NCBI GenBank assembly: GCA_003962975.1
Contig: RXKC01000007.1
Span: 26,711-90,710, forward strand
Origin: Candidatus Saccharimonadota bacterium
GTDB taxonomy: Bacteria > Patescibacteriota > Saccharimonadia > Saccharimonadales > AWTP1-31
DNA: 64,000 nucleotides
Reading direction: 5' to 3'
The notes under the pieces are model-generated. The model was not told the DNA's origin. It did no database searches and saw only the letters and a program-made list of their open reading frames with translations. Positions 27,612-37,339 of the stretch are shown piece by piece. A program made the translations under genes and the position numbers. Numbering within the stretch: position 1 is the stretch's first letter; the number at the start of each line of letters is the position of its first letter.

Positions 27612-28903
27612 TACTTCCCTTGCCAGAGTGGTGCGGCTTGCTGCTGTAACTCTTTGATAAGTGCTGGACTGGCACTGCCGAGTGCGCCTAAGCCCCAGAT
27701 ATTGTCCGTAAACATAGACTTGCTGACGGTAATTATGCCGCGTTTGGTAATCGCCTCTATGCGCTCTGGTACCTTGTAGTAATCATCTACATGACCGTCA
27801 AAGAAGTAACGGTAACTATAACCATTTGCCGTCCCGCCAACAGTCTGGCCACTGCGCTGATAGCGACCGAGAGCATACTGCTTAGCAGATTCAATGTCTT
27901 CGTCCGAAATATTGCCTGCAAACACCTCGCTCAGTTCGTGCACCATAATATCAAACAGTGCTGGGGCATTTTTAGGCATAACTTGAGCGCCGAACCACCA
28001 GTTAGCACTGTTTTTGGACTGACCAATACCCGAGCTCATACTATAGACAAGGCCCTTCTCGCGAGCCGTTCCCAAGATCTTGGAGTACAGTGTTTCAGTG
28101 AGCATGGTGTTTATAAGACTCAGGTTATCTGACTGAGCATCAGTGAGCCGTCGACCGGCAAACGTATCAAGATAAAAATACAAATTATCGACTGTTCTGT
28201 TTTTAATATGCAGTGGCTTTTTGGGATGCTTCGGATGTTCGTCGGGCAAGTCAGTTCTGCCCTCACCCTTTGGCAACTCAATATTTGCGAGGATCTGCTC
28301 TACGCTGCGTCGACGCTCGGCGTTGAGATTGCCAGCCATGACAAAACGAAGATTGCTTGTAGTGTGTGTTTTTTTATAGTGCTCAGTTATGTCATTGAGG
28401 ATGACATTTTCCATAATGCCCAGGCGGTCTTGATCAGTCAGCACATGAAAGCCGTATTGCTTGCGCAGCGCCAGGCTGAGGTGTCGGAAGTGATTATTCG
28501 AGCGAGCCGTGAGTTCTTCACGGACGTTGCCAAATTCAGCCTCGAATTCCTCTTGTAGGAACAACGGCTTAGTAATAGCAATCAGCAACATGTCTAGTAT
28601 TCTGTCCCACTCAAAGTCAGCACACTCGGCTTCGTAAATAATATCGTAGCTACCAGTGGATGCGTTTGAATAGGCTCCATTTTTTTCGAATTCTGCCTGA
28701 AATGCGCGGGCTTTAGGAATAAACTGGTTTGCGCCTAGTAGCATGTGCTCCATGATATGAGCAGTTTCCCATTTTGACTTTTCTACCAGGTACTCCCCTG
28801 CGCGAAAGTTAAACTCATATGTCATTACGCTAGCATCAGGTACGTGAATCAACAGACCTTCTGTGCCATTAGCTAGTTTGAGTTTGTGTACTGTATGTCT
28901 CAT
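27611..28903 (-). CDS. M16-family (insulinase-like) zinc peptidase
   Basis: Inverted zinc motif HIMEH (HxxEH) near the N-terminus. 430 aa. Confidence 0.75.
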   Translation of the reverse strand: MRHTVHKLKLANGTEGLLIHVPDASVMTYEFNFRAGEYLVEKSKWETAHIMEHMLLGANQFIPKARAFQAEFEKNGAYSNASTGSYDIIYEAECADFEWDRILDMLLIAITKPLFLQEEFEAEFGNVREELTARSNNHFRHLSLALRKQYGFHVLTDQDRLGIMENVILNDITEHYKKTHTTSNLRFVMAGNLNAERRRSVEQILANIELPKGEGRTDLPDEHPKHPKKPLHIKNRTVDNLYFYLDTFAGRRLTDAQSDNLSLINTMLTETLYSKILGTAREKGLVYSMSSGIGQSKNSANWWFGAQVMPKNAPALFDIMVHELSEVFAGNISDEDIESAKQYALGRYQRSGQTVGGTANGYSYRYFFDGHVDDYYKVPERIEAITKRGIITVSKSMFTDNIWGLGALGSASPALIKELQQQAAPLWQGK

Positions 28904-28932
28904 GAAAGAAATGTTGGGCTGTGACTTTTAGA

Positions 28933-31542
28933 TTAACGCTTTTTTGCTTTTTTACGACGTTTGCGTTCTGCTTTGTGCGCTTTTTTGCGCTGCGATGCAT
29001 TGATAGTTTTTTTGCTACCACTTCGAGCAGCTGCACTGGTGCCAGCTGGTACAAAATCTTCTTCATTAAATTCATCAGCTTCGATGATTTTGTCAGCGTT
29101 ATCAACAGATTGTCGGGCAGCCAGCGTAAGCTCAGTTTCTATTGGTGCATCACTCTGATCGCTCGGTTCAGCATTAAAGACCGCCCGGATAACATCGTGA
29201 CGCAGTGTGACCTGCATCTCTTCAAACATGCGCTGACCTTGACGACGGTACTCAACCAGAGGATCTCTTTGGCCAACACTGATCCAGTGAATACCTTCGC
29301 GTAGGTGATCCATATTCTCAAGATGTTGCATCCAAAGGTTATCTAGAATCTGCAAGTAAATATCGCGCTCAATCTTACGCATATTCTCGGCTTCGAACTC
29401 TTTTTCACGCTGTTTGTAGAGCTTGTCGGCTGCTTCTTGCAAGGCCTTACCAAATGTATCTGTCGACGTATCAAATAATTTGTCTAATGTCTTTTCATCA
29501 AACGGAAACACTTCGCGGATCAAAGCTTCAAATTTGTCGGTAGTTGCAAGCTCAGAGCCAGCGAGCTCTTTTACCTCTTCTTCGATGAAGAGTTTGATTC
29601 GCTTACTAATATCTGGTTGATGTAAGATCTCTCGTCGCATGGCGTACGTTGCCTTACGATGCCGGTTCATTACATCGTCGTACTGCACGACATTCTTACG
29701 CTGATCAAAGTTATGACCTTCAACTTTCTTTTGGGCACCTTCGAGACTTTTGCTAATGACTCGGTTTTCGATAGGTGTTTCGTCGTCCACATTTAGGCGG
29801 TCCATGACTGCCGCAATGCGCTCGCCACCGAAAATACGCATTAGATCATCTTCGGTACTTACAAAGAATTGGGTGATACCAGGATCGCCCTGTCGGCCTG
29901 AGCGACCGCGTAACTGGTTATCAATACGTCGAGATTCGTGTCGCTCGGAACCCAAGACGAATAGTCCCCCTAGTTTCTTTGTCTCGTCATCGAGCACAAT
30001 GTCAGTACCACGACCAGCGATGTTAGTAGCGAGTGTCACAGCACCTTTTTGCCCAGCTTTTGCCACAATAGCTGCTTCGCGTTCGTTATTCTTTGCATTC
30101 AAAATCTGGTGTGGCACACTAGCTTTTTTGAGCAAGCGACTTAATTCTTCGTTCTTTTCAATAGACACGGTACCAATAAGCACTGGCTGCCCTTTTTGGT
30201 GCAGTACTTTTACCTCTTGAGCTATGGCTTTAAACTTACCAGCCTCGGTCTTGTAGATACGGTCGGAACGATCGTCGCGAGCAAGCGCACGATTAGACGG
30301 AATCTGTAGAACATCGAGCTTATAGATAGAATGGAATTCTTCGCTCTCGGTTTCGGCAGTACCAGTCATACCGGCAAGCTTATCGTACAGACGAAAATAG
30401 TTCTGGAAGCTGATCGTAGCCAGGGTCATGGATTCTTCCTGGACATCAACGCCTTCTTTGGCTTCGATAGCTTGGTGCAAACCTTCGTTATAGCGACGAC
30501 CCTTCAATAGACGACCAGTAAACTCATCGACAATCACTACTTCACCATCGCTGGTAACCACGTAGTCTTTGTCGCACTTAAAAAGCACTTCGGCCTTTAG
30601 CGCTTGATCAAGATGATAAATCGTTCGAATGTTTTCGCTGCCATACAGATTGTCGATACCAAGCACTTTTTCGACATGGTCGACACCTTCGTCGGTGAGT
30701 ACTACTGCTCGGCGTTTTTCGTCTTTCTCATAATGAGCTTCTGCCTTTAGTCCCCGAGCCACTTTTGCAAATTGAGAGTAAGCATTGCCACTGGTAGCAG
30801 CAGGTGCCGAGATAATAAGTGGAGTTCGTGCTTCGTCAATAAGAATAGAGTCAACTTCGTCAACAATCGCATAATGCAGATCTCGTTGGCGCAGTTGATC
30901 TAGCTCACGAACCATGTTGTCACGGAGATAATCGAAGCCAAACTCGTTGTTAGTACCATAAGTTATGTCAGCTGCATACGCTTCTTGGCGTGTACAAGGC
31001 TTAAGATGCTGAAAACGAGGATCTTCATGTTCGGTATTCTTAAAATCAGCGTCAAAAATATACGACTCGTCAGCAATGATTACCCCAGCCTTAAGTCCTA
31101 AGAAGTTATAGACTTGACCCATCCAGCCAGCATCGCGTTGCGCCAAGTAGTCGTTCACAGTGACTACATGAACACCTTTGCCAGTGAGTGCATTTAAATA
31201 TACTGGCGCAGTAGCAACCAGGGTCTTACCTTCACCTGTTTTCATTTCGGCTACGCTACCTTCATGTAGCGCCATACCACCAATTAACTGTACGTCGAAG
31301 TGACGTTGACCGAGCGTTCTTGTGGCAGCTTCGCGCACAACAGCAAACGCATCGGGCAAGATTTTATCAAGAGATTCTTTTTCGAGCCGCTTCTTTAATT
31401 CCCGTGTTTGTTCCTTGAGTTTTTTATCTGAAAGCTTTTTATATTTTTCGCTAAGAGCATTAATGTCCTTAACGCGCTTCTGTAGTCGCTTAACGGTCTT
31501 GACCTGCGGGTCACCTAAAATTTTCTTCAGGGCTTTTTTCAT
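28933..31542 (-). CDS. secA: Preprotein translocase ATPase SecA
   Basis: ATPase motifs MKTGEGKTLVATAPVYLNAL and VTVNDYLAQRD. 869 aa with a Lys-rich C-terminus. Confidence 0.95.
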   Translation of the reverse strand: MKKALKKILGDPQVKTVKRLQKRVKDINALSEKYKKLSDKKLKEQTRELKKRLEKESLDKILPDAFAVVREAATRTLGQRHFDVQLIGGMALHEGSVAEMKTGEGKTLVATAPVYLNALTGKGVHVVTVNDYLAQRDAGWMGQVYNFLGLKAGVIIADESYIFDADFKNTEHEDPRFQHLKPCTRQEAYAADITYGTNNEFGFDYLRDNMVRELDQLRQRDLHYAIVDEVDSILIDEARTPLIISAPAATSGNAYSQFAKVARGLKAEAHYEKDEKRRAVVLTDEGVDHVEKVLGIDNLYGSENIRTIYHLDQALKAEVLFKCDKDYVVTSDGEVVIVDEFTGRLLKGRRYNEGLHQAIEAKEGVDVQEESMTLATISFQNYFRLYDKLAGMTGTAETESEEFHSIYKLDVLQIPSNRALARDDRSDRIYKTEAGKFKAIAQEVKVLHQKGQPVLIGTVSIEKNEELSRLLKKASVPHQILNAKNNEREAAIVAKAGQKGAVTLATNIAGRGTDIVLDDETKKLGGLFVLGSERHESRRIDNQLRGRSGRQGDPGITQFFVSTEDDLMRIFGGERIAAVMDRLNVDDETPIENRVISKSLEGAQKKVEGHNFDQRKNVVQYDDVMNRHRKATYAMRREILHQPDISKRIKLFIEEEVKELAGSELATTDKFEALIREVFPFDEKTLDKLFDTSTDTFGKALQEAADKLYKQREKEFEAENMRKIERDIYLQILDNLWMQHLENMDHLREGIHWISVGQRDPLVEYRRQGQRMFEEMQVTLRHDVIRAVFNAEPSDQSDAPIETELTLAARQSVDNADKIIEADEFNEEDFVPAGTSAAARSGSKKTINASQRKKAHKAERKRRKKAKKR

Positions 31543-31648
31543 CTTCTAACAGTCCTCCAAAGCTACGCTCACCTGTCTATTGAAATTCAACATCTATTGT
31601 AGCGTACTATCTCTTATGGTGCAGCGTAATTTTTACGTCTATTATCTA

Positions 31649-32023
31649 TTAGCCGCTCGAGCGAGCGCTAGAACGTTTGAAGCGTGCTAAAACGCGTTGA
31701 TGCAAGCGTCCAGTACCATGTGTTTGCTTGTACTTTTTGATATGGTTTTTGAGCTTTTGCTCAACCACGTCAACAGCTGCAAAGAGATTTACTGTCGTCT
31801 CTTTGATAGTAAATGTCTCTTTGGGCAGATGCAGAATAACTTCACAACTGCACTCCACTCGGTTTTTAATTTTCTTTTCCTTTAGCTTCACTTCTACATG
31901 CGCAGACTCTCTTGCATAACGCGGCATGTATTTGTCGAGCTGGCCGATCTTTTTCTCTACGTACTTCTGCAAATCGGCGCTTATTTCAGTGTGAATACCC
32001 TGCACTTCTAGTTTTTGAATCAT
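31649..32023 (-). CDS. hpf: Ribosome hibernation promoting factor (short HPF/RaiA type)
   Basis: S30EA fold signature (MIQKLEVQGIHTEISADLQKYVEKKIGQLDKY). Confidence 0.85.
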   Translation of the reverse strand: MIQKLEVQGIHTEISADLQKYVEKKIGQLDKYMPRYARESAHVEVKLKEKKIKNRVECSCEVILHLPKETFTIKETTVNLFAAVDVVEQKLKNHIKKYKQTHGTGRLHQRVLARFKRSSARSSG

Positions 32024-33315
32024 ATTCGCTCCTTACCTCCCATAAATGGTCGTAATACTTCAGGCACAATTACATCACCTTCTTCGGTTTGGTAGTTCTC
32101 GATAATCGCAATGAGAGGACGCTGTGATAGCGCGGTAGCATCATTGGTGTGTGCAAACACTAAGCTGCCGTCTTTACGACGGAGTTTAGTTTGCATACGT
32201 CGAGTCTGGTAGTCGGTCATCAGGTCAGCAGTATGTGTTTCACGGTATTTATTTTGACCAGGCAGCCATACATCAATATCAATACCGCTGGCGTTTGGAC
32301 CACCAATATCAGCAGTACACTTATCGACCACACGGTACGGCAGCTTGAGTGCGGCCATAAAATATTCTTGGATAGCTACCATGAGCTTATGCTCTTCCAG
32401 AGAAGTGTCTGGTGTATTGAAACTTTCCATCTCGAGCTTATTAAACTGATGTAGGCGTAAGAAGCCTTCCATGTCTTTGCCGTAGGTACCTGCCTCGCGG
32501 CGGAATGCTGTCGTGTAGCCAACATAGCGAATTGGCAAAGCGTCTTCAGGTAAGATTTCGTCTAGGTACATTGGCGCCAATACGTGTTCGGCACTAGCGT
32601 TAAGCCATAAGTCATCTTCTGCAAGCTTATAGGTCTGCTCTTCTTTATTAAGTCGGCCGGTGGCGTCGTAGACATCGGTCTTGGCTACGGCCGGTGGTTG
32701 CACAGGCACAAACGGCTTATCACTCAGGCTAAGGCCAGCATCTTTTATGAGTCCGGCTACGAAGCTTTGGTCTGTTAGTTTAGTCAACGCAAACATGTTC
32801 ATTGCCCAGTCCAATAAAACTAAATCACCCTTTAAGTAGGCGAAACGCGAGCCGGCTACCTTGGCGGCTCGTTCCTTGTCGAGCCAACCTTTTGCTTCGG
32901 CAATTTGCGCGTGATTTTTAGGTGTAAATGCAAACTTTGTAGGCTCACCCACAACTTTACTGACCACATTTTCATCTTCACTTGAACCAACTGGTACCGT
33001 ATCAAGCGGCATATTCGGAATGGCCTTCAGTAATGTGATGACATCTTGCTCTAAGGGAGCAAGTTTTTGTTCGAGTAAAGTTGCCTGCTCTTTAAGCTCC
33101 TTGCCTTTTTCAATTGCTTCAGCCGAAGGTTTACCTTGTCGTAAGCTTGCGGCATGATCGTTGCGTGCTGCCCGTAAAGCTTCAAGCTCGACTAATAAAT
33201 GCCGTCGCTCTTCATCGACTTTTAAGAGGGCATTTACATCAACTTCATAGCCTTTTTGTTTTGCCTTTTCTTCCACCAGTTCCGGATTGTCACGAATAAA
33301 CTGTATATCTAGCAT
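32020..33315 (-). CDS. serS: Serine--tRNA ligase
   Basis: N-terminal coiled-coil arm (MLDIQFIRDNPE...) and a class II core. 431 aa. 4-nt overlap with hpf. Confidence 0.9.
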   Translation of the reverse strand: MLDIQFIRDNPELVEEKAKQKGYEVDVNALLKVDEERRHLLVELEALRAARNDHAASLRQGKPSAEAIEKGKELKEQATLLEQKLAPLEQDVITLLKAIPNMPLDTVPVGSSEDENVVSKVVGEPTKFAFTPKNHAQIAEAKGWLDKERAAKVAGSRFAYLKGDLVLLDWAMNMFALTKLTDQSFVAGLIKDAGLSLSDKPFVPVQPPAVAKTDVYDATGRLNKEEQTYKLAEDDLWLNASAEHVLAPMYLDEILPEDALPIRYVGYTTAFRREAGTYGKDMEGFLRLHQFNKLEMESFNTPDTSLEEHKLMVAIQEYFMAALKLPYRVVDKCTADIGGPNASGIDIDVWLPGQNKYRETHTADLMTDYQTRRMQTKLRRKDGSLVFAHTNDATALSQRPLIAIIENYQTEEGDVIVPEVLRPFMGGKERI

Positions 33316-33354
33316 GCTTATAGTATAGGGCGTACGCCATGTATGGGCTAGCCT

Positions 33355-34299
33355 TTATTCGGCTTCTTTACCTATTCTCTGCCCAAGTGCTTGCAATAAT
33401 TCGGCACCCTGGGGAGTTCTGGGTCGCGCTGTTTCGATAAACTCTAGGACTGCTTCACGGCTTCCGCCTCGTGTCACGTGCAGCTTACTGCACGCCATGC
33501 CGAAGAGTACCTTGTCATATAGATACCTCAGGTATTTTTCGGCGTAGTCCGTACGTACAGTGTGATTATCCAGCAGACTAATCAGTCCCTGTGGGTTACG
33601 ATCGTTCGCCAACACCTTAGCAACCCTCAGCAGTTCGCGGTCGTACATAAGATCTACTCGAGAATTGGGCGGTAATTTCTTCAGTCGAAATAATTCAGTG
33701 AACATACCAAAGTCTTGTGTCTGTTCTGGAACTCCTACGGAAAAAGGGCTATTACCAAACAATGGCACACGTGGCTTGCCCGACCGACGGCGATGCGCCG
33801 TAATTGCACCCAGCGTTGGCTCGGTAAATCGTGATGGCACGAGATCAAGTCCATCTAATTCGGCATCCAGATAGTCTAAATCGCTGCCCTCTAGGTATTC
33901 TCTATCTGATTGAGTGAACACGCGACTATCAGGCTCTTGCTGAGCATCATCTTCAAGCAGACTCGTTAAATACGTTTTTATTGTAGTCGCCGACTCATGT
34001 TCTGGATCCTGAGCAGTAATACGCTCAAGCACATTAATACCTAAGGCAAAAGTTCTGGCTACATCAGTTGTGCCAATAAAATCCATGACGGACTGAACGC
34101 TTGATATATCACCTTCCAAAGCGACTCGAGTGAGCGTCGCTGTCGCCCATTCTCGTCGGAGTCGAAGTTCTTCGCCAGGATCAATATTTCGGCGTAAGTC
34201 GTGAACTGCGTGGCGTAGTGGCGTATCAGGCGCTTCTGTAATAAAAGGCGCACAAATCTGCGCCAGTAACTCTGGTTGTTGGTCTCCCTGAACCTGCAT
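33355..34299 (-). CDS. Hypothetical protein (314 aa)
   Basis: No recognisable motif. Lies 20 nt upstream of the Cas4-like nuclease gene. Confidence 0.4.
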   Translation of the reverse strand: MQVQGDQQPELLAQICAPFITEAPDTPLRHAVHDLRRNIDPGEELRLRREWATATLTRVALEGDISSVQSVMDFIGTTDVARTFALGINVLERITAQDPEHESATTIKTYLTSLLEDDAQQEPDSRVFTQSDREYLEGSDLDYLDAELDGLDLVPSRFTEPTLGAITAHRRRSGKPRVPLFGNSPFSVGVPEQTQDFGMFTELFRLKKLPPNSRVDLMYDRELLRVAKVLANDRNPQGLISLLDNHTVRTDYAEKYLRYLYDKVLFGMACSKLHVTRGGSREAVLEFIETARPRTPQGAELLQALGQRIGKEAE

Positions 34300-34319
34300 G
34301 GATCACACTATAGCTGATT

Positions 34320-35105
34320 TTAGTCTTTTTGTTGCAACGCTTTTAACGTTAGTTCAGTTCTGGATCGCGCATAGCTGCAAAAATCGCATGGTCCACCCAT
34401 AGCTGCTTGTCCAACTGCTGGCATATCACCGTCCATACACTCTTTCATTGCTAACAGAGTTTTCTCAACCCATACATCTTGCCCGACATGCGGAAACACA
34501 TTGGTCCGAAATTCAACCACATCGTTGAATGCGTCCTTACTGGCGTCACCGTTAGCATACACAAAATACCCAACGTTACTGACCTGAAAGCCATTCGCCC
34601 GAAGTAGCCATTGGTACACCTCCATCTGACGTCGGTAGCTATCTTGCCAACCACCAGGTGGGTTCAAGTCGGTAATTTCTTTATCTTTTGCTGTAGCTTT
34701 GTAATCAACAACAATCAATTCACCTGCGTCATTGACCCACACATCATCAACTGCCCCAAAAACGTGGAGATTTGTTGGTTGATGTAGTGTGAAAACACCG
34801 ACAAAATTCTCTCGCCACGTATCGATATCGGCATGATCATAGGGCTTTGCCGCAACCTTGAATTTTGTCTGCAGCGGATGCTGCGTCCCTGCTTTGCGGT
34901 GATGGTCAAACTCTTTCTTAAAAAGTTCGTCGATTGCTTTGTTGATGTTGAAGGGTGGTCCACTAGGTCGAGTAATTTTATGTCGTACATCCAACCAAAA
35001 ACAACGTGGACACTGGGTAAAAAGCTCGATTTTGCTTCGGCTTACCTTGAAGGGCGTTTTCTGTCCTGGCACATAGGGCTTACTGCGTTCACGATAATAA
35101 CTCAT
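34320..35105 (-). CDS. Cas4-like PD-(D/E)xK nuclease with a predicted 4Fe-4S cluster (DUF83/RecB-nuclease family)
   Basis: N-terminal Cys in CPRCFW, D...ELIVVDYK catalytic motif, and C-terminal C-x(n)-C-x2-C (KECMDG...CDFCSY). Confidence 0.6.
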   Translation of the reverse strand: MSYYRERSKPYVPGQKTPFKVSRSKIELFTQCPRCFWLDVRHKITRPSGPPFNINKAIDELFKKEFDHHRKAGTQHPLQTKFKVAAKPYDHADIDTWRENFVGVFTLHQPTNLHVFGAVDDVWVNDAGELIVVDYKATAKDKEITDLNPPGGWQDSYRRQMEVYQWLLRANGFQVSNVGYFVYANGDASKDAFNDVVEFRTNVFPHVGQDVWVEKTLLAMKECMDGDMPAVGQAAMGGPCDFCSYARSRTELTLKALQQKD

Positions 35106-35110
35106 CTAGG

Positions 35111-35794
35111 CTATTGTAGCAGCCTTGCTACTGCCGTAACTGCTGCAGTCTCGGCTCGCAGCGTAAAATCATGGAGCGCTATATGCTGAATTTCATTATC
35201 TACAAAAAGTTGTTTCTCGGCGTCGCTCCAGCCACCTTCCGGACCAATCAGGACACCCGTATCATCGCCAGGAAGATCTGGCCCCTGACTGTCTTGCTCG
35301 CAAATATACAAAGTTGCTTTGTCTTTATACTGCTGCAGTGCCTTTTCTACATGCAGTGCATCACGTACCGACGGTATGTCACTGCGACCGCATTGCTCAG
35401 CCGCTTCAATCACAATTTTACGAGCACGCTCTATATTAAAACCAGTTTTTTCGCTCCGGTCAGCGATCATTGGTATTAGGTGGCTCACGCCTAATTCGGT
35501 TGCTTTCTGTAAAACCCAATCGTTCTTATCTTTCTTTAAAAGCGACCAAAAAAGATAGACATTTTTCTTCGGCAATTGTCGTCTGTAGTCCGTAATAAGT
35601 TCTAGATGAGCTTCGTCTGGACGAAGCTCTAGTATCTTATAGAGTCGATCATGTTCTACTCCATCGAATAAAACAATTTCCTGACCAGGCCTAAACCGTA
35701 ATACCTTGGTCCACTGAGATAGTACGACTGGTTCACGAAACCAAAAGTCATGCGTAAGCTTAGTATCAGGACAGTAAAAACGGTGAATCTTCAT
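35111..35794 (-). CDS. rsmE: 16S rRNA (uracil1498-N3)-methyltransferase RsmE
   Basis: SPOUT knot motifs (LIGPEGGWSDAE) and an N-terminal PUA-like region. Confidence 0.8.
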   Translation of the reverse strand: MKIHRFYCPDTKLTHDFWFREPVVLSQWTKVLRFRPGQEIVLFDGVEHDRLYKILELRPDEAHLELITDYRRQLPKKNVYLFWSLLKKDKNDWVLQKATELGVSHLIPMIADRSEKTGFNIERARKIVIEAAEQCGRSDIPSVRDALHVEKALQQYKDKATLYICEQDSQGPDLPGDDTGVLIGPEGGWSDAEKQLFVDNEIQHIALHDFTLRAETAAVTAVARLLQ

Positions 35795-35822
35795 GGTAAA
35801 TCTGGGTAATTATTGTATACAA

Positions 35823-36623
35823 CTACGGGCGCAGTGCACCTGCAAAAACCTGCCAAGCTAATGCTGACTTTGCTACTAGGCTCAATACCATATAGGTACG
35901 TTCGCCGTATAGATAGTTACTCCACTTGCCGGTCTTTTTGTACTGCAAGTACATATTGACTGCGAAACTACCGAAGAATACGAATAGGCTGCCGTAAATA
36001 AAGTAAACAAAGGTTGGGATACCCCCTGAACCGTAAACATTGGCACCAATAAAGTAAATGGCCAGCACAATCCACGGCACAATGCCTGCTAATGTACCGA
36101 CCCAGAATGGTAACCAGTCAACTTGTTTGTTGGTTTGATTCTTGAGCTCCATAACAAGACCGAGCAAGTTCATGACAAGCGTTAGTACAAACATCATCAG
36201 TAGCGATGAAAGGTCATAAACCCCAGTCAGGACACCGATAGCGACAATCATCGTGCTGGCGCTAAAGCCGTATTCAATCCACCGAAACTTGTTGATGCCC
36301 TTTTTGAGATCAGCTTCGTACGTTTTACGACCACGAGTCGCCACAACTATGTGAGCGATGGCTGACATAAAGAAAAAGGTTGCCACAAGATGAGCAAGGT
36401 TAACATTAAAGAGTACTTGCGCTGCTGGTGCCAGAACCGGACGCTCAGCTATTTTTGATGCGATGCTGTCTTGGGTTAGAAAACTGGTGGTAATTGGCCA
36501 GCTCACACCCTTACTCAGAATGAGCACCAAAATGCCCTGTACTGCGTGTAGTACGGCTAATCGCTTGTTCCATGTATTTAATGAGCTTGTTGAAATAGTT
36601 GGTGATTTTGTTGTAAGTCGCAT
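35823..36623 (-). CDS. Heliorhodopsin-like seven-TM retinal-binding protein
   Basis: 7 TM, 266 aa. The C-terminal helix SLVAKSALAWQVF carries the conserved Schiff-base Lys. The FRWIEYGFSAS counterion Glu helix and LQYKKTGKWSNYLYGER loop match, as recalled, the characterised heliorhodopsin 48C12. Confidence 0.7.
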   Translation of the reverse strand: MRLTTKSPTISTSSLNTWNKRLAVLHAVQGILVLILSKGVSWPITTSFLTQDSIASKIAERPVLAPAAQVLFNVNLAHLVATFFFMSAIAHIVVATRGRKTYEADLKKGINKFRWIEYGFSASTMIVAIGVLTGVYDLSSLLMMFVLTLVMNLLGLVMELKNQTNKQVDWLPFWVGTLAGIVPWIVLAIYFIGANVYGSGGIPTFVYFIYGSLFVFFGSFAVNMYLQYKKTGKWSNYLYGERTYMVLSLVAKSALAWQVFAGALRP

Positions 36624-36676
36624 ACCACGACTATACCACAGTGCCGTACTCTCTGATGCTATACTGATACTAATCT

Positions 36677-37339
36677 ATGAAAACAAAGCTTCACATTCGT
36701 AACCGAAGTTCTCTTAAGCAAAAACGAGCTGCGCGAGCACCACGTTCAGTTGGTTCTAAAATTGCTATAACCCTTCTCAGCCTTATTGCTATCGGTAGTT
36801 TTACGCTTCTCGTATTTCCCTACATTCCAAAGGTGCTATTTTGGATCACTCGCCCTAGCCTCGATCCAACTAGCTACCGACAAGCAGCTCAGGACACAAA
36901 AAATGGCAAGCCAATCAATGCTGATCAAACTAAGCCTGGCAATCGACTCATCCTGCCAGGCATCGGGGCAGATATTCAGATCATTGAAGGCAGCAACATA
37001 TATGTTATCGGTAAAAACCAAGGAGCCTGGCGCGAGACTCGAGCAGCCAACCCTACACAAAACGGTAACCTAGTTTTGGCGGGTCATCGTTTTATCTATA
37101 ATGTTCGCAATCCAGGAGTTTTCTATAACATGCCCGAGCTTGATGTAGGTGAAAAAATCTTCATTCGCTGGGATAATAAGATGTACGAATACGAGATTTA
37201 TAACACGCGATCAGTACAACCTACTCAAGTCGATATTCGTGACCCAGATCCAAAAGTGTCACGTAAACTTACGCTCTATACCTGTTGGCCGCTTGGTAGT
37301 ACCGCAGAAAGATTCGTGATTGAAGCTAAGCAGCTTTAA
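36677..37339 (+). CDS. Sortase (class E/F-like transpeptidase)
   Basis: N-terminal TM anchor, LAGHR catalytic His, TLYTCWP catalytic Cys, downstream Arg. Confidence 0.75.
   Translation: MKTKLHIRNRSSLKQKRAARAPRSVGSKIAITLLSLIAIGSFTLLVFPYIPKVLFWITRPSLDPTSYRQAAQDTKNGKPINADQTKPGNRLILPGIGADIQIIEGSNIYVIGKNQGAWRETRAANPTQNGNLVLAGHRFIYNVRNPGVFYNMPELDVGEKIFIRWDNKMYEYEIYNTRSVQPTQVDIRDPDPKVSRKLTLYTCWPLGSTAERFVIEAKQL

Noticed and set aside
29750-30220. 156-aa plus-strand ORF
   Set aside because: It is antisense within secA and the product has no sensible composition.
33329-33338. Perfect 10-bp palindrome GGCGTACGCC between serS and the downstream gene as a terminator
   Set aside because: The stem would be 4 bp with a 2-nt loop and there is no U-tract. 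It is more likely a chance or protein-binding palindrome and cannot be supported as a terminator.
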